63,019 nt of DNA from positions 1 to 63,019 of the forward strand of contig SKFZ01000014.1 of the NCBI GenBank assembly GCA_007117695.1, given 5' to 3'. A model generated the notes under the pieces. That model ran no database searches, had not been told where the DNA came from, and worked only from the letters and a program-made list of their open reading frames with translations. The position numbers were made by a program, and so were the translations under genes. Shown piece after piece: positions 20,320 through 32,987 of this stretch. The DNA is from Bacilli bacterium. GTDB taxonomy: Bacteria; Bacillota_I; Bacilli_A; RF39; UBA660. The number at the start of each line of letters is the position of its first letter. Positions within the stretch are counted from its first letter, which is position 1.

Positions 20320-21678
20320 CTACTTCCCTAAACAAAACTGACTAAATAATTGATTTATTAGTTCATCTTGAAATGTTTCGCCTGTTATTTCACCTAAGTT
20401 GTTCCAAATTTGCTTCAAGTCAATTTCTAATAAATCTATAGGAATATCATTTTCTAAACCTGTTTCAATATTTTCTATCTCTTTTAATGATTTTTTTAAT
20501 AAAGATAAACTTTTAGTGTTTGTAATATATGTCATTTCATTAGTATTTATAATATCTAATTTATATAATTCTTTTATTTTTTCTTTTAACTCTTTTAAAC
20601 CTTGTTTATCTATTGTGTTCATATATATTATGTTTTTAAAATGGTTCAATTTGTTTATATCTATTTTAGAGTGAAGATCATTTTTATTAATAATTATAAT
20701 ATAATTTTTATTTTTTATTTTATTTAAAATTTCTAAATCTTCTTCACTTATATTTTCATTGTTATTTAGAATATAAAGAATTAAATCATTTTTCTCTAAT
20801 AACTCTAGACTTTTTTCCACACCTATTTTTTCTACAACATCCTCAGTTTTTCTAATACCTGCTGTGTCAATTAAGTTGATCAATATTCCTTCTAAATTTA
20901 TTTGGCCTTCTACGATGTCTCTTGTTGTTCCTGCTATCTCAGTCACAATAGCTTTATCTTGTTCAAGAAGCATATTTAATATGCTACTTTTACCAACGTT
21001 TGGTCTACCTATGATTACTGTATCAATACCTTCTTTTATTATTCTCCCGTGTTCACTATCTGTTATAATTTTTTTTAGTTCTTCTTTTACTTTATATAAT
21101 TTTGGTTTCAAATGTTCGTTTTCTAATTGCTCTATATCTTCGTATTCAGGGTAATCAATATTAACTTCTATTTGCGCTATTATTTCAATTAAAAATTGCC
21201 TTAATTCTTTTATTTTAAAGGCTGACTTTCCATTTAATTGGTTTATTGACATTTTTCTTGCTTGTTCTGTTTTCGAATTAATAAGGTTCATTACTCCTTC
21301 TGCTTGTGTTAAGTCGATACGACCATTCAAAAAGGCTCTTTTAGTAAATTCTCCTGGTTCTGCAAGTCTTGCACCATTTAATAAACACATTTCTAAAACT
21401 TTGTTTGTCGAGGAAATTCCACCATGGCAATTTATTTCAACGATGTCTTCTTTAGTATATGTATTAGGCTTCTTCATTACACTTACTAATACTTCGTCTA
21501 TTTTTTCTTTTTCATTAACAATATAACCATAATTTATTGTGTGAGTATCAACTTCATTTAATTTTTTTCCTAAAAAAATTTTTGAAGCCACATTTATTGC
21601 ATCTTTACCACTCAGTCTAATTATTGAAATTGCCCCAACCCCTTGTGTTGTTGAAATTCCTACAATTGTATCATCCAT
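20320..21678 (-). CDS. mnmE: tRNA modification GTPase MnmE (TrmE)
   Basis: GRPNVGKSS, DTAGIR, NKND, and C-terminal FCLGK. Confidence 0.95.
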   Translation of the reverse strand: MDDTIVGISTTQGVGAISIIRLSGKDAINVASKIFLGKKLNEVDTHTINYGYIVNEKEKIDEVLVSVMKKPNTYTKEDIVEINCHGGISSTNKVLEMCLLNGARLAEPGEFTKRAFLNGRIDLTQAEGVMNLINSKTEQARKMSINQLNGKSAFKIKELRQFLIEIIAQIEVNIDYPEYEDIEQLENEHLKPKLYKVKEELKKIITDSEHGRIIKEGIDTVIIGRPNVGKSSILNMLLEQDKAIVTEIAGTTRDIVEGQINLEGILINLIDTAGIRKTEDVVEKIGVEKSLELLEKNDLILYILNNNENISEEDLEILNKIKNKNYIIIINKNDLHSKIDINKLNHFKNIIYMNTIDKQGLKELKEKIKELYKLDIINTNEMTYITNTKSLSLLKKSLKEIENIETGLENDIPIDLLEIDLKQIWNNLGEITGETFQDELINQLFSQFCLGK

Positions 21679-21725
21679 AGTTTCACCTCTTTCTCGTTTA
21701 TTTTATATTATATATTCTTTTTTAG

Positions 21726-21751
21726 CAATAAAAAAGGCTTTAAGCCTTTTT
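21726..21751 (-). terminator. Intrinsic terminator of jag
   Basis: Minus strand AAAAGGCTTAAAGCCTTTT followed by TTATT. Confidence 0.65.
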
Positions 21752-21752
21752 G

Positions 21753-22367
21753 TTATCCTTTATACTTTATAGTTATTTTTCTTTCTTTTCCTGCGCCTGT
21801 ACTTTCGCTCATTAAATCTTCATGTTCTGAAACTAAATTATGAACAAACCTTCTTTCAAAAGAATTCATTGGATCTAATGTTGCATCTTCTTTTGTACTT
21901 TTTATTTCTCTTATAATATTTTTTATATCTCTTTCTAAATATTTTAATTTCTTATTTTTATAATTTGCTGCATCAATATTAATTTTGATGTTCTGGCCTG
22001 TTTGATTAGTTAATGCTGTTCTCAACATCATCTGTATTGAATTTAAATTTTTCCCATCTTTACCTATTAAAACTGGATTATTATTAGAAACCAATATAAC
22101 TGAGATAATATCTTCATTTTCCCTAACTTCTGATTTTATATTTATATTAGAAAAATATGAGAGGTGGTTAAAATAATTTTTGATATATTCTATAACTTCC
22201 TCTTTTTTTACAGCATTGATTTTATATTTCTTCTTTTTTATTATACTACCTGATTCTACTTCTTGTTCACTGAAATATAATTCATTTAATTCTTTCTCTG
22301 TAATTATTTTTAGTTCTTCCAATGCATCTTCTTTTGTTTTTTCAACTACTTCATATTTATTTATCAT
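21753..22367 (-). CDS. khpB: RNA-binding protein Jag/KhpB (Jag_N, KH, R3H)
   Basis: KH GKDGKNLNSIQ and R3H LDPMNSFERRFVH. SD AAGGAGA precedes ATG at 22367. Confidence 0.85.
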   Translation of the reverse strand: MINKYEVVEKTKEDALEELKIITEKELNELYFSEQEVESGSIIKKKKYKINAVKKEEVIEYIKNYFNHLSYFSNINIKSEVRENEDIISVILVSNNNPVLIGKDGKNLNSIQMMLRTALTNQTGQNIKINIDAANYKNKKLKYLERDIKNIIREIKSTKEDATLDPMNSFERRFVHNLVSEHEDLMSESTGAGKERKITIKYKG

Positions 22368-23292
22368 TAGCAATTCTCCTTTTACTTAAAATATTTTGAT
22401 AAATAGTAAATGTACTATTTGTTATCCAATATACAGCTAAAGCTGTTGGAAAATTTATTGAAGCAAACAATATAAATACTATCATTATTTTCATCATAAA
22501 CTGCATTTGATTTTCTTGTTCCTTAGATGTTGCAGCAGATCCTGTTAATTTAAATGAATAATATGTTGTAATTAAAAGTATTATAATAGTTGCAACATAA
22601 TAGTATTGTCCATTTGAAAAAGCTGTTGCTGGATTTGTTCCTAAACTTAATCCTAAAAAAGTTTCTTCATATATAACTGGGATTCTCATTAAAGCTTGAT
22701 AATATGCAAAAAATAAGGGTATTTGAATAAATCCAAATATACATCCAGAAGCTGGAGAAATTCCATATTTTTTGTAAACTGCCATTGTTTCTTGACTTTT
22801 TTGCAACATAGCATCTCTATCGTTATTAGGCTTGCCTTTATATTTTTGTTCTATCTTATCTAAATCTGGTCTGGCTTTTTTCATTTTCTCTGATTGATCA
22901 GCAGATTTTTTAGTGATTGGGCTCATAGCAAATCTTATAATTAATGTTGCTATAATTATAGCTAAACCATAATTTCTAACATTTTCTCCAACGAAAATAA
23001 TTAAAAATGCTAATGGTTTTACGAATATCGAAGACCATATTCCTTCATAGCCTCCACTAGTTACTTTAAATTCCTTACACTCAGGCAATTCTTCTAAATC
23101 AACATTATTTTCTTCATAAAGTTCTAATATTTCAGTATCAGTTGGCTTACATAGTATGTTTTCTGTTAAGTTTTGCCCTGTTTTTGGTTCTTTTACAACA
23201 TTTCCTTCGGCATCTTCTAACCTATTAACACATCCTGAAACAAATAACACCATTAATATTATTAAAAATAATTTAACTTTCTTATTCTTCAT
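22357..23292 (-). CDS. yidC: Membrane protein insertase YidC (lipoprotein type)
   Basis: Lipobox LFVSGC. QKYGISPASGC...PLFFAYYQAL core. Start is 23292 (ATG) or 23298 (TTG). Confidence 0.9.
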   Translation of the reverse strand: MKNKKVKLFLIILMVLFVSGCVNRLEDAEGNVVKEPKTGQNLTENILCKPTDTEILELYEENNVDLEELPECKEFKVTSGGYEGIWSSIFVKPLAFLIIFVGENVRNYGLAIIIATLIIRFAMSPITKKSADQSEKMKKARPDLDKIEQKYKGKPNNDRDAMLQKSQETMAVYKKYGISPASGCIFGFIQIPLFFAYYQALMRIPVIYEETFLGLSLGTNPATAFSNGQYYYVATIIILLITTYYSFKLTGSAATSKEQENQMQFMMKIMIVFILFASINFPTALAVYWITNSTFTIYQNILSKRRIANDK

Positions 23293-23620
23293 ATTCAATT
23301 ATCCCTGTCTTTCCAAGTAAGTATATTAACCTTTTTCTTTTTTCATTATACGATAAACTATTAATTTGTTTTTTTGTAATAATTACACATTTAAAATTCC
23401 CTTTATAAGTTAAACTTTGTACAATACTTTTTAACTGTCTTCTTAACTTATTTCGTTCAACCGCATTTCCTATTTTTTTCCCAACGGAAAATCCAAACAA
23501 TTGTGAGTCATTTACATCATTATCTACATAAATAACATAATATTTATCTGAAACAGGTTTTTTTGTTTCAATTATACGATTAAATTCTCTATTTGATTTT
23601 AAAATATACTTTTTTTTCAT
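23282..23620 (-). CDS. rnpA: Ribonuclease P protein component
   Basis: LKSNREFNRI...FGFSVGKKIGNAVERNKLRRQLK. Confidence 0.85.
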   Translation of the reverse strand: MKKKYILKSNREFNRIIETKKPVSDKYYVIYVDNDVNDSQLFGFSVGKKIGNAVERNKLRRQLKSIVQSLTYKGNFKCVIITKKQINSLSYNEKRKRLIYLLGKTGIIEYEE

Positions 23621-23637
23621 ATAACTCCCACAATAGT

Positions 23638-23660
23638 AAAAAACCACTGACTTTCAGTGG
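23638..23660 (-). terminator. Hairpin plus T-run between rpmH and rnpA (attenuating terminator)
   Basis: Minus strand CCACTGA-AAG-TCAGTGG followed by TTTTTT. Located between the rpmH stop and the rnpA SD. Confidence 0.65.
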
Positions 23661-23663
23661 CTT

Positions 23664-23786
23664 CTATCTAGATAAAACTTTACGTCCTTTTTTTCTTCTT
23701 CTTTTTATTATATTTGTTTTCATTCTAGCAAAAAAACCATGTTTTTTACTTCTTTTTCTAGTATTTGGTTGATATGTTCTTTTCAT
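23664..23786 (-). CDS. rpmH: 50S ribosomal protein L34 (40 aa; below the ORF-track cutoff)
   Basis: My own translation: [49 protein letters not shown] lies upstream. Confidence 0.9.
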   Translation of the reverse strand: MKRTYQPNTRKRSKKHGFFARMKTNIIKRRRKKGRKVLSR

Positions 23787-24152
23787 TAATGACACCTCCT
23801 ATTATCTTGCTTATGTCCGGTTGCTTTAATAATTATATATATATTTATATGCTTTGTCAAACTTTTTACAAATACTTATTTAACATCTTTTTCCACACAA
23901 GTTTTAGCTTAATTTTTATAGTATAATTTGTTTTTTCCAAACTTTCCACATTAATACATATTGTTTATAAAATTATTAACTTTTTATTTTCCACATTTAT
24001 GTTAATAAGTTTGTTTAACATTACAGTTTTTAATGTTTTGCTGTGGAAAAAACTGTTTAAAAAAAGTTTTCCACACTTTAGTGAGTTTTTCTTTGATTTT
24101 ACTATAAAAATATTGTAAAATATTAATTAGACTTTGAAGTAGGTGTTATATT
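23787..24152. other. oriC, upstream DnaA-box cluster
   Basis: TTTTCCACA at 23889-23897, 23987-23995 and 24067-24075. CTTTCCACA at 23942-23950. Inverted TGTGGAAAA at 24042-24050. Degenerate TTTTCCAAA at 23933-23941. ATATCCACA-type box overlapping the dnaA start. Gene-strand switch point. Confidence 0.85.
23832..23860 (-). promoter_or_regulatory. Consensus sigma-A promoter of rpmH-rnpA
   Basis: Minus strand TTGACA, 17 nt spacer, TATAAT (perfect consensus). Confidence 0.75.
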
Positions 24153-25508
24153 GTGGATATTAATAATATTTGGAATTCTTTTTTAGATAAAATTAAAAAT
24201 AATGAAAATGTTTCACCAATGTCTTATGAAACTTGGTTTAGCAAAACTATATTATATGAATTAGATGAAAATCTAGCAACAGTCATTGTTCCTATGCATG
24301 TACATAAAAAACATTTAAAAGAAAACTATAATGATATTATTGAAGAAACATTTACTGATGTTACGGGTTCTAATTTTAAAATTAATTATTTAACCGAAGA
24401 AGAGGTTGAAAAAAATATTAATATAAATACAGATGATGTTGGTGTTCCTAATATTGATTCATTTGAATCAAATTTGAAAGACCATTATAATTTTGATAAT
24501 TTTGTTGTTGGGGAAAGTAATAAGTTTGCTCATGCTACTGCTCTTGTTGTTGGGGAGAAGCCTGGAACTATGTACAATCCACTGTTTATATATGCAAGTA
24601 GCGGATTAGGAAAAACACACTTAATGCATGCAATTGGAAATTATATCACAATCAACAATAAAAAAAGAGTTTTATATGTTTCAAGTGAAAAGTTTGTTTC
24701 TGACTTCATAAATATAACTAAAAAAACTAATAAAGATAATTTTGATAATGTAGAGTTTTTCAAAAGAAAATATCGGGATGTTGATGTTTTAATGATAGAT
24801 GATATTCAATATTTAGGTAACGCTGAAAAAACTCAACAAGAATTTTTTAACACTTTCAATGACTTATACGGAAATAATAAACAAATTATAATTTCTTCTG
24901 ATCGTTCTCCAGATGATTTAAAATTGTTAGAGGATAGATTAAGAACAAGGTTTAATTGGGGACTAACAATCGATATAAAACCTCCTGACTTTAGTCATAG
25001 AATGGATATTATTAATAAAAAAATTGAATCTAACGGGTTAAACACAAATTTTCCACAAGATGTAAAAGAATATATTGCTTCAAATTGTACTTCAGATATT
25101 AGAAAGATAGAAGGAGCTATTACTAGAGTTGTAGCATATGCAACTATGATGAATGGGTCTAACATTACATTTGATTTAGCTATGGAATCTTTAAAAGATT
25201 ATTTTGGGGAGTGTATATCAAGTAAAAACAAAATTGATCAAGTTCAACAATTAGTTGCGAAAAATTACAATATTACTGTGGAAGACTTAAAAAGCAAGCG
25301 TAGAACTTCTAATATTTCTGTCCCAAGACAAATTGCTATGTATATATGTAGAGTTTTTTTAGAAAAACCCTTACCAAAAATAGGTATTGAATTTGGTGGG
25401 AAAGACCACACAACTGTTATGCATTCTGTTGATAAAATAAAGAAAGAATTAAAAACTAATAAAGAATTAGAAAAAGAAATAAATAAAATTATAAGTAAGA
25501 TAAGATAA
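24153..25508 (+). CDS. dnaA: Chromosomal replication initiator DnaA
   Basis: GTG start. YNFDNFVVGESNKFA, Walker A GLGKTHL, and C-terminal DHTTVMHS. Confidence 0.97.
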   Translation: MDINNIWNSFLDKIKNNENVSPMSYETWFSKTILYELDENLATVIVPMHVHKKHLKENYNDIIEETFTDVTGSNFKINYLTEEEVEKNININTDDVGVPNIDSFESNLKDHYNFDNFVVGESNKFAHATALVVGEKPGTMYNPLFIYASSGLGKTHLMHAIGNYITINNKKRVLYVSSEKFVSDFINITKKTNKDNFDNVEFFKRKYRDVDVLMIDDIQYLGNAEKTQQEFFNTFNDLYGNNKQIIISSDRSPDDLKLLEDRLRTRFNWGLTIDIKPPDFSHRMDIINKKIESNGLNTNFPQDVKEYIASNCTSDIRKIEGAITRVVAYATMMNGSNITFDLAMESLKDYFGECISSKNKIDQVQQLVAKNYNITVEDLKSKRRTSNISVPRQIAMYICRVFLEKPLPKIGIEFGGKDHTTVMHSVDKIKKELKTNKELEKEINKIISKIR

Positions 25509-25656
25509 TGTGGAATAAAAATTATTTTCAACAATTTTATACATTTTAAATCACAAATTTTTCATTATAAAACAAAGAAATTATACTTTTTCCACATATT
25601 CCACCTTAATAATAAAAATACTTATTAATAAAAACTAATAAAAGGAGTTGTTTTTT
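25509..25656. other. oriC, downstream DnaA-box cluster with AT-rich candidate unwinding region
   Basis: TGTGGAATA at 25509-25517, TTTTCCACA at 25587-25595, TATTCCACC at 25597-25605. These are followed by T-TAA-TAA-TAA and an almost pure A/T tract up to the dnaN SD. Confidence 0.7.
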
Positions 25657-26778
25657 ATGAAATTAAAAATTAAACAAAATATACTTATGGAAAATTTAAA
25701 TAATTCTATTAGAGGGATATCTAATAAAAATTTAATTCCAATATTACATTGTATAAAATTTGAATTAACTGAAGACGGTTTATATTTAGAAAGTACAGAT
25801 AATGAAATAGCTATCAAGACTTTTATAAGCAAAAATCAAATAGAACTTATAGAAGAACTAGGTAGTTTTGTTGTAAGCGGGAAATATATATATGAAATAG
25901 TTAAAAAATTACCTAATACAATAATAAATATAGAGGAAACAGTAGATTCAAAATTATCATTATATACTGATAACTCCTCTTTTAATTTAAATTTAAATAA
26001 TGTACATGATTTTCCACAATTAGATCTTGATGAAATAAAAAAACCAGTTATTTTAAAAAATGAAGTTTTAAAAACAATAATAAATCAAACATCCTTTGCA
26101 ACATCAACACAAGAATCTAGACCTGTTTTAACAGGGATAAATTTTAAAGTTGAAAATAATATTTTAGAGTGTATTGCTACCGATTCTTATCGTTTATCTA
26201 AGAAGAGTTTAAAATTAAAAGAAAAATATGCTGAAAAAATCAATATAATAATCCCTAATAAAAATTTAATTGAATTAATAAGAATGTTAAATACAGAAGA
26301 TGGTGAAATAGAAATACATACATTTAGTAATAAAGTTGTATTTAAATTTGATAATATTATAATGATGTCTAGGCTTATTAGTGGAACTTATCCTGATGTA
26401 TCAAAATTAATACCAGAAAGTTTTAATTTAACAGTATCAACAGACTATAGTGAAATTTACAATGCAATTGATAGGGCATCACTATTAACAAATGAATCTG
26501 ACAAAAATACAATAAAATTTGAAACTTTGAACCAAGAAGCTAAAATTTATTCAAACATACCAGAGATAGGTAACGTTGAAGAAAGTATAAAAATCAATAA
26601 AAACAATGAAGAACAAATCAAAATTGCATTCAGTTCAAGATATATGTTGGAAGCACTAAAAGCTTTAGAAAGTAGTGAAATTGAACTTTTATTTAACGGT
26701 GATGTTAAACCTATAATATTAAAAAATAGTTCAAACGATAGTTTAATCCAATTGATTTTACCTATAAGAACATACTAA
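25657..26778 (+). CDS. dnaN: DNA polymerase III beta sliding clamp
   Basis: SD AAAGGAG precedes ATG at 25657. Contains SRPVLTGINF, ATDSYRLS and C-terminal LILPIRTY. Confidence 0.95.
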   Translation: MKLKIKQNILMENLNNSIRGISNKNLIPILHCIKFELTEDGLYLESTDNEIAIKTFISKNQIELIEELGSFVVSGKYIYEIVKKLPNTIINIEETVDSKLSLYTDNSSFNLNLNNVHDFPQLDLDEIKKPVILKNEVLKTIINQTSFATSTQESRPVLTGINFKVENNILECIATDSYRLSKKSLKLKEKYAEKINIIIPNKNLIELIRMLNTEDGEIEIHTFSNKVVFKFDNIIMMSRLISGTYPDVSKLIPESFNLTVSTDYSEIYNAIDRASLLTNESDKNTIKFETLNQEAKIYSNIPEIGNVEESIKINKNNEEQIKIAFSSRYMLEALKALESSEIELLFNGDVKPIILKNSSNDSLIQLILPIRTY

Positions 26779-26810
26779 AAACTTAGAATTTCTAAGTTTT
26801 TTTATTTTTT
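26778..26810 (+). terminator. Intrinsic terminator of dnaN
   Basis: AAAACTTAGA-ATT-TCTAAGTTTT followed by a T-run. Confidence 0.8.
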
Positions 26811-26815
26811 TGCCC

Positions 26816-26891
26816 TTTTTCGACATTTTTCGACATTTTTTTTCATAAAAGTGTTGTATAAATGAAGGAGATTGAGACACTTTTGTCGAAA
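26816..26891. promoter_or_regulatory. comK-like promoter region with three TTTCGACA motifs
   Basis: Tandem TTTTTCGACA at 26816-26825 and 26826-26835. Extended -10 TGTATAAAT around 26855-26863. Inverted TGTCGAAA at 26884-26891. Confidence 0.5.
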
Positions 26892-26913
26892 TCTATAGTA
26901 AGGAGGTGAAAAA

Positions 26914-27363
26914 ATGATAAATGAATACGAAATTAATCAGTCTACTGTTGCTATAATTCCAATAGAAACAAAAGTATCAAAAGTAATAGAAGAAGATCGT
27001 ACATTTTTAGTTTCAAAATCAACAACTCAAATCGTAGATGAAAGTTGTAAGTTTTTTGGTAGTTCTTACTTAGGTAGACATGAAGGAACTAAAAGTTTAA
27101 TTGGAGTCAATTACAAGTCTCCAATTATTGTTGAAGAAACAACAGAAATGATTTTTTTTCCAACATCATCACCAAGGTTTGATGGCTGTTACTGGATAGC
27201 ACTAGACAAAGTAAAAGAGCATAACGAAAGTAAACATGGTTCTATATTGAAATTTACAAATGGTGAAGAAGTGGAAATTAATATATCTAGCAGATCATTA
27301 GAAAATCAAGTTTTAAGAGCAACAAAATTAAGTTGTGTTTTAAGAAAAAGAAAAGAATTTTAA
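26914..27363 (+). CDS. ComK family protein (short, 149 aa)
   Basis: IVDESCKFFGSSYLGRHEGT, FFPTSSPRFDGCYWIAL and SLENQVLRATKL align with B. subtilis ComK IVDRSCRFFGSSYAGRKAGT, FPTLSSTRPQCGWISH and SFENQVYRTAWL. Strong SD AAGGAGGTG. Confidence 0.8.
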   Translation: MINEYEINQSTVAIIPIETKVSKVIEEDRTFLVSKSTTQIVDESCKFFGSSYLGRHEGTKSLIGVNYKSPIIVEETTEMIFFPTSSPRFDGCYWIALDKVKEHNESKHGSILKFTNGEEVEINISSRSLENQVLRATKLSCVLRKRKEF

Positions 27364-27371
27364 GTTTAGAA

Positions 27372-27407
27372 AAACAAAAATAATAATTTAATTATTTTTG
27401 TTTTTTT
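27372..27407 (+). terminator. Intrinsic terminator after the comK-like gene
   Basis: 13-bp perfect stem AAACAAAAATAAT / ATTATTTTTGTTT followed by a T-run. Confidence 0.75.
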
Positions 27408-27408
27408 A

Positions 27409-27437
27409 TCGTTTTTTTAGGCTATATGTGGTATAAT
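27409..27437 (+). promoter_or_regulatory. Extended -10 promoter of recF-gyrB-gyrA
   Basis: TGGTATAAT at 27429-27437; weak -35. Confidence 0.55.
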
Positions 27438-27514
27438 GTTATATATGTATAGAGGTACTAGAAAACTGTTTTTTTTTGATAAATAGCCTCTAAAAAGATA
27501 ATAAGGTGATGTTG

Positions 27515-30551
<3,037 letters not shown>

Positions 30552-30560
30552 GAGGTAACA

Positions 30561-32987
30561 ATGGATAATAATACAGATAAATTAAAAGATATAAATTTAC
30601 CAGAAGAAATAGAAAAATCTTTTTTAGATTATGCAATGAGTGTTATTGTTTCTAGAGCTTTGCCAGACGTAAGAGATGGTCTAAAACCTGTTCATAGAAG
30701 AATTATATATTCCATGTACGAATTGGGATTGATGCCAGAGAAGCAACATAGAAAATGTGCTAGAATTGTCGGAGATGTTTTAGGTAAATATCACCCACAT
30801 GGAGATACTTCAGTATATGATGCATTAGTTAGATTAGCTCAGAATTTTTCTATAAGATATCCATTAGTTAATGGACATGGTAATTTTGGTTCTATAGATG
30901 GAGATGGAGCTGCAGCAATGCGTTATACAGAAGCAAAAATGGCTAAAATAGCTGCAGAAATGATAAGAGATATAAATAAAAATACTATAGACTTTAATGA
31001 AAACTTTGATGGAAGCGAGAAAGAACCATCAGTTTTACCATCAAGAATTCCAAATCTACTTATTAATGGAGCAACGGGTATTGCGGTCGGTATGGCAACA
31101 AAAATACCGCCACATAATTTAGGTGAGTCAATTGATGCAATTATTGAATACATTGACAATCACGATATTGAAATTCATGAATTGATGGAACATTTAAAAG
31201 GACCAGATTTTCCAACAGGAGCGACTATTTTAGGTAATAGTGGAATTAAAGATGCTTATGAGACTGGAAAAGGAACTATTACAATAAGATCAAAAGCAGA
31301 AATAGAAGAAATGAAAAATGGAAAATCAAGAATAATTGTAACAGAAACACCATATCAAGTTAATAAATCAATTTTAATAACTAAAATAGCAGAATTAGTC
31401 AGAGATAAAGTGATAGATGGAATTGTAGATCTGAGAGATGAGTCAAATAGAGATGGAACAAAAATAGTAATTGAATTACGAAAAGATGCAAATTCCAATG
31501 TAATTTTAAATAATTTATACAAACATACTCAACTTCAAGTTACATATAGTATTAATATGCTTGCTTTAGTAGATGGTGAACCAAGAGTTTTAACATTAAA
31601 AGAAATTATTGAAAAATACGTAGATCATCAAAAAGAAATTATTATTAGAAGAACAAGATTTGATTTAGATAAAGCAATTAATCGTCAACACATTTTAGAA
31701 GGTTATAAAATAGCACTTGATAACATTGATGAAATCGTTCAATTAATTAAAAAATCTTCTTCAGATGATGAAGCTTTAAAAGGGTTAATTAGCAAATTTA
31801 ATTTAACTGAAATTCAATCTAAAGCTATACTAGAAATGAAATTAAGAAGATTAACAGGCTTAGAGCGAAAAAAAATTGAAGATGAATTAGAAGAATTGAA
31901 AAAACTTATTGAAGACTTAAAAGATATTTTATTAAACCAGCAGAGAGTATTGAATATTATAAAAGAAGAATTAAAAGAAATAAAAAACAAATATAACGAT
32001 GAACGAAGAACTCAAATCGATATGACAGCAATCGATTATATAGAGGACGAATCATTAATTCCAGTTAATAATATTGTCGTTACTATTACCAACAAAAATT
32101 ATATAAAAAGAATGAATATAGAAAATTATAGGACTCAAAATAGAGGCGGAGTTGGTATAAAAGGTATGACAACAAATGAAGAAGACTTCGCTGAAAAAAT
32201 TATATCAATGACAACGCATGATTACTTACTTTTCTTCACTAACCAAGGAAAAGTATATAGAATAAAAGGATATGAGATACCTGAATTTAGTAGGCAATCA
32301 AAAGGAATTCCTATTGTTAATATACTGCCTATTAGTAAGGAAGAAAAAATAACTTCAATGTTAAAACTAGAACAAAGTGAACAAAATAAATATATTGTAT
32401 TTAGTACACAAAAAGGACTGGTTAAAAAAACGAAAATTGAAGAATTTGATAGTATTAGATCAAATGGTAAGATTGCTATTAAAATGAAAGATAATGATAA
32501 TTTAATAGCTGTAAGAAAAACAAATGGTAATTCTGAAATATTGTTAGCCTCATCAAATGGTAGAATGGTAAGATTCGATGAAAGCGAGATTAGACCTATG
32601 AGTAGAAATGCTTCTGGAGTTAAGGGTATTAACTTAGATAATTCATTTTTAGTAGGATGTGAAGTTTCAAATGCAGATGACAAAGTTCTAGTGGTAACTG
32701 AAAATGGGTACGGTAAAAGAACTTGCAAAAATGAATATAGAAACACTAAAAGAGGAAGTAAAGGTGTTAAAGCATTGAACATAACAGATAAGAACGGTGA
32801 ACTTGTAGCTTTCAAAATACCACAAGGGGAAAGTGATTTGATGTTAGTAACTAATAACGGAGTAATAATAAGACTGCCACTTTCTCAAATCCCATCAATT
32901 GGAAGAGTTTCGCAAGGCGTAAAATTGATCAATTTAAAACCACAACAAAAAGTGAGCACGATTGCATTAATAAATAATGAAGAATAG
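30561..32987 (+). CDS. gyrA: DNA gyrase subunit A
   Basis: [23 protein letters not shown] active-site Tyr, and GyrA-box [10 protein letters not shown]. Confidence 0.97.
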   Translation: MDNNTDKLKDINLPEEIEKSFLDYAMSVIVSRALPDVRDGLKPVHRRIIYSMYELGLMPEKQHRKCARIVGDVLGKYHPHGDTSVYDALVRLAQNFSIRYPLVNGHGNFGSIDGDGAAAMRYTEAKMAKIAAEMIRDINKNTIDFNENFDGSEKEPSVLPSRIPNLLINGATGIAVGMATKIPPHNLGESIDAIIEYIDNHDIEIHELMEHLKGPDFPTGATILGNSGIKDAYETGKGTITIRSKAEIEEMKNGKSRIIVTETPYQVNKSILITKIAELVRDKVIDGIVDLRDESNRDGTKIVIELRKDANSNVILNNLYKHTQLQVTYSINMLALVDGEPRVLTLKEIIEKYVDHQKEIIIRRTRFDLDKAINRQHILEGYKIALDNIDEIVQLIKKSSSDDEALKGLISKFNLTEIQSKAILEMKLRRLTGLERKKIEDELEELKKLIEDLKDILLNQQRVLNIIKEELKEIKNKYNDERRTQIDMTAIDYIEDESLIPVNNIVVTITNKNYIKRMNIENYRTQNRGGVGIKGMTTNEEDFAEKIISMTTHDYLLFFTNQGKVYRIKGYEIPEFSRQSKGIPIVNILPISKEEKITSMLKLEQSEQNKYIVFSTQKGLVKKTKIEEFDSIRSNGKIAIKMKDNDNLIAVRKTNGNSEILLASSNGRMVRFDESEIRPMSRNASGVKGINLDNSFLVGCEVSNADDKVLVVTENGYGKRTCKNEYRNTKRGSKGVKALNITDKNGELVAFKIPQGESDLMLVTNNGVIIRLPLSQIPSIGRVSQGVKLINLKPQQKVSTIALINNEE

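Noticed and set aside
26816-26891. TTTTCGACA repeats as additional DnaA boxes
   Set aside because: They carry G at the invariant C of TTWTNCACA. All clear boxes in this origin are TTTTCCACA, so DnaA binding is not supported by sequence alone. The repeats are kept as an unassigned operator candidate.
32222-32815. 197-aa ORF antisense to the C-terminal domain of gyrA
   Set aside because: It lies entirely inside a very well supported gene. Its composition is Leu/Ser/Phe/Ile-rich, as is typical of a shadow frame. It has no SD or promoter.
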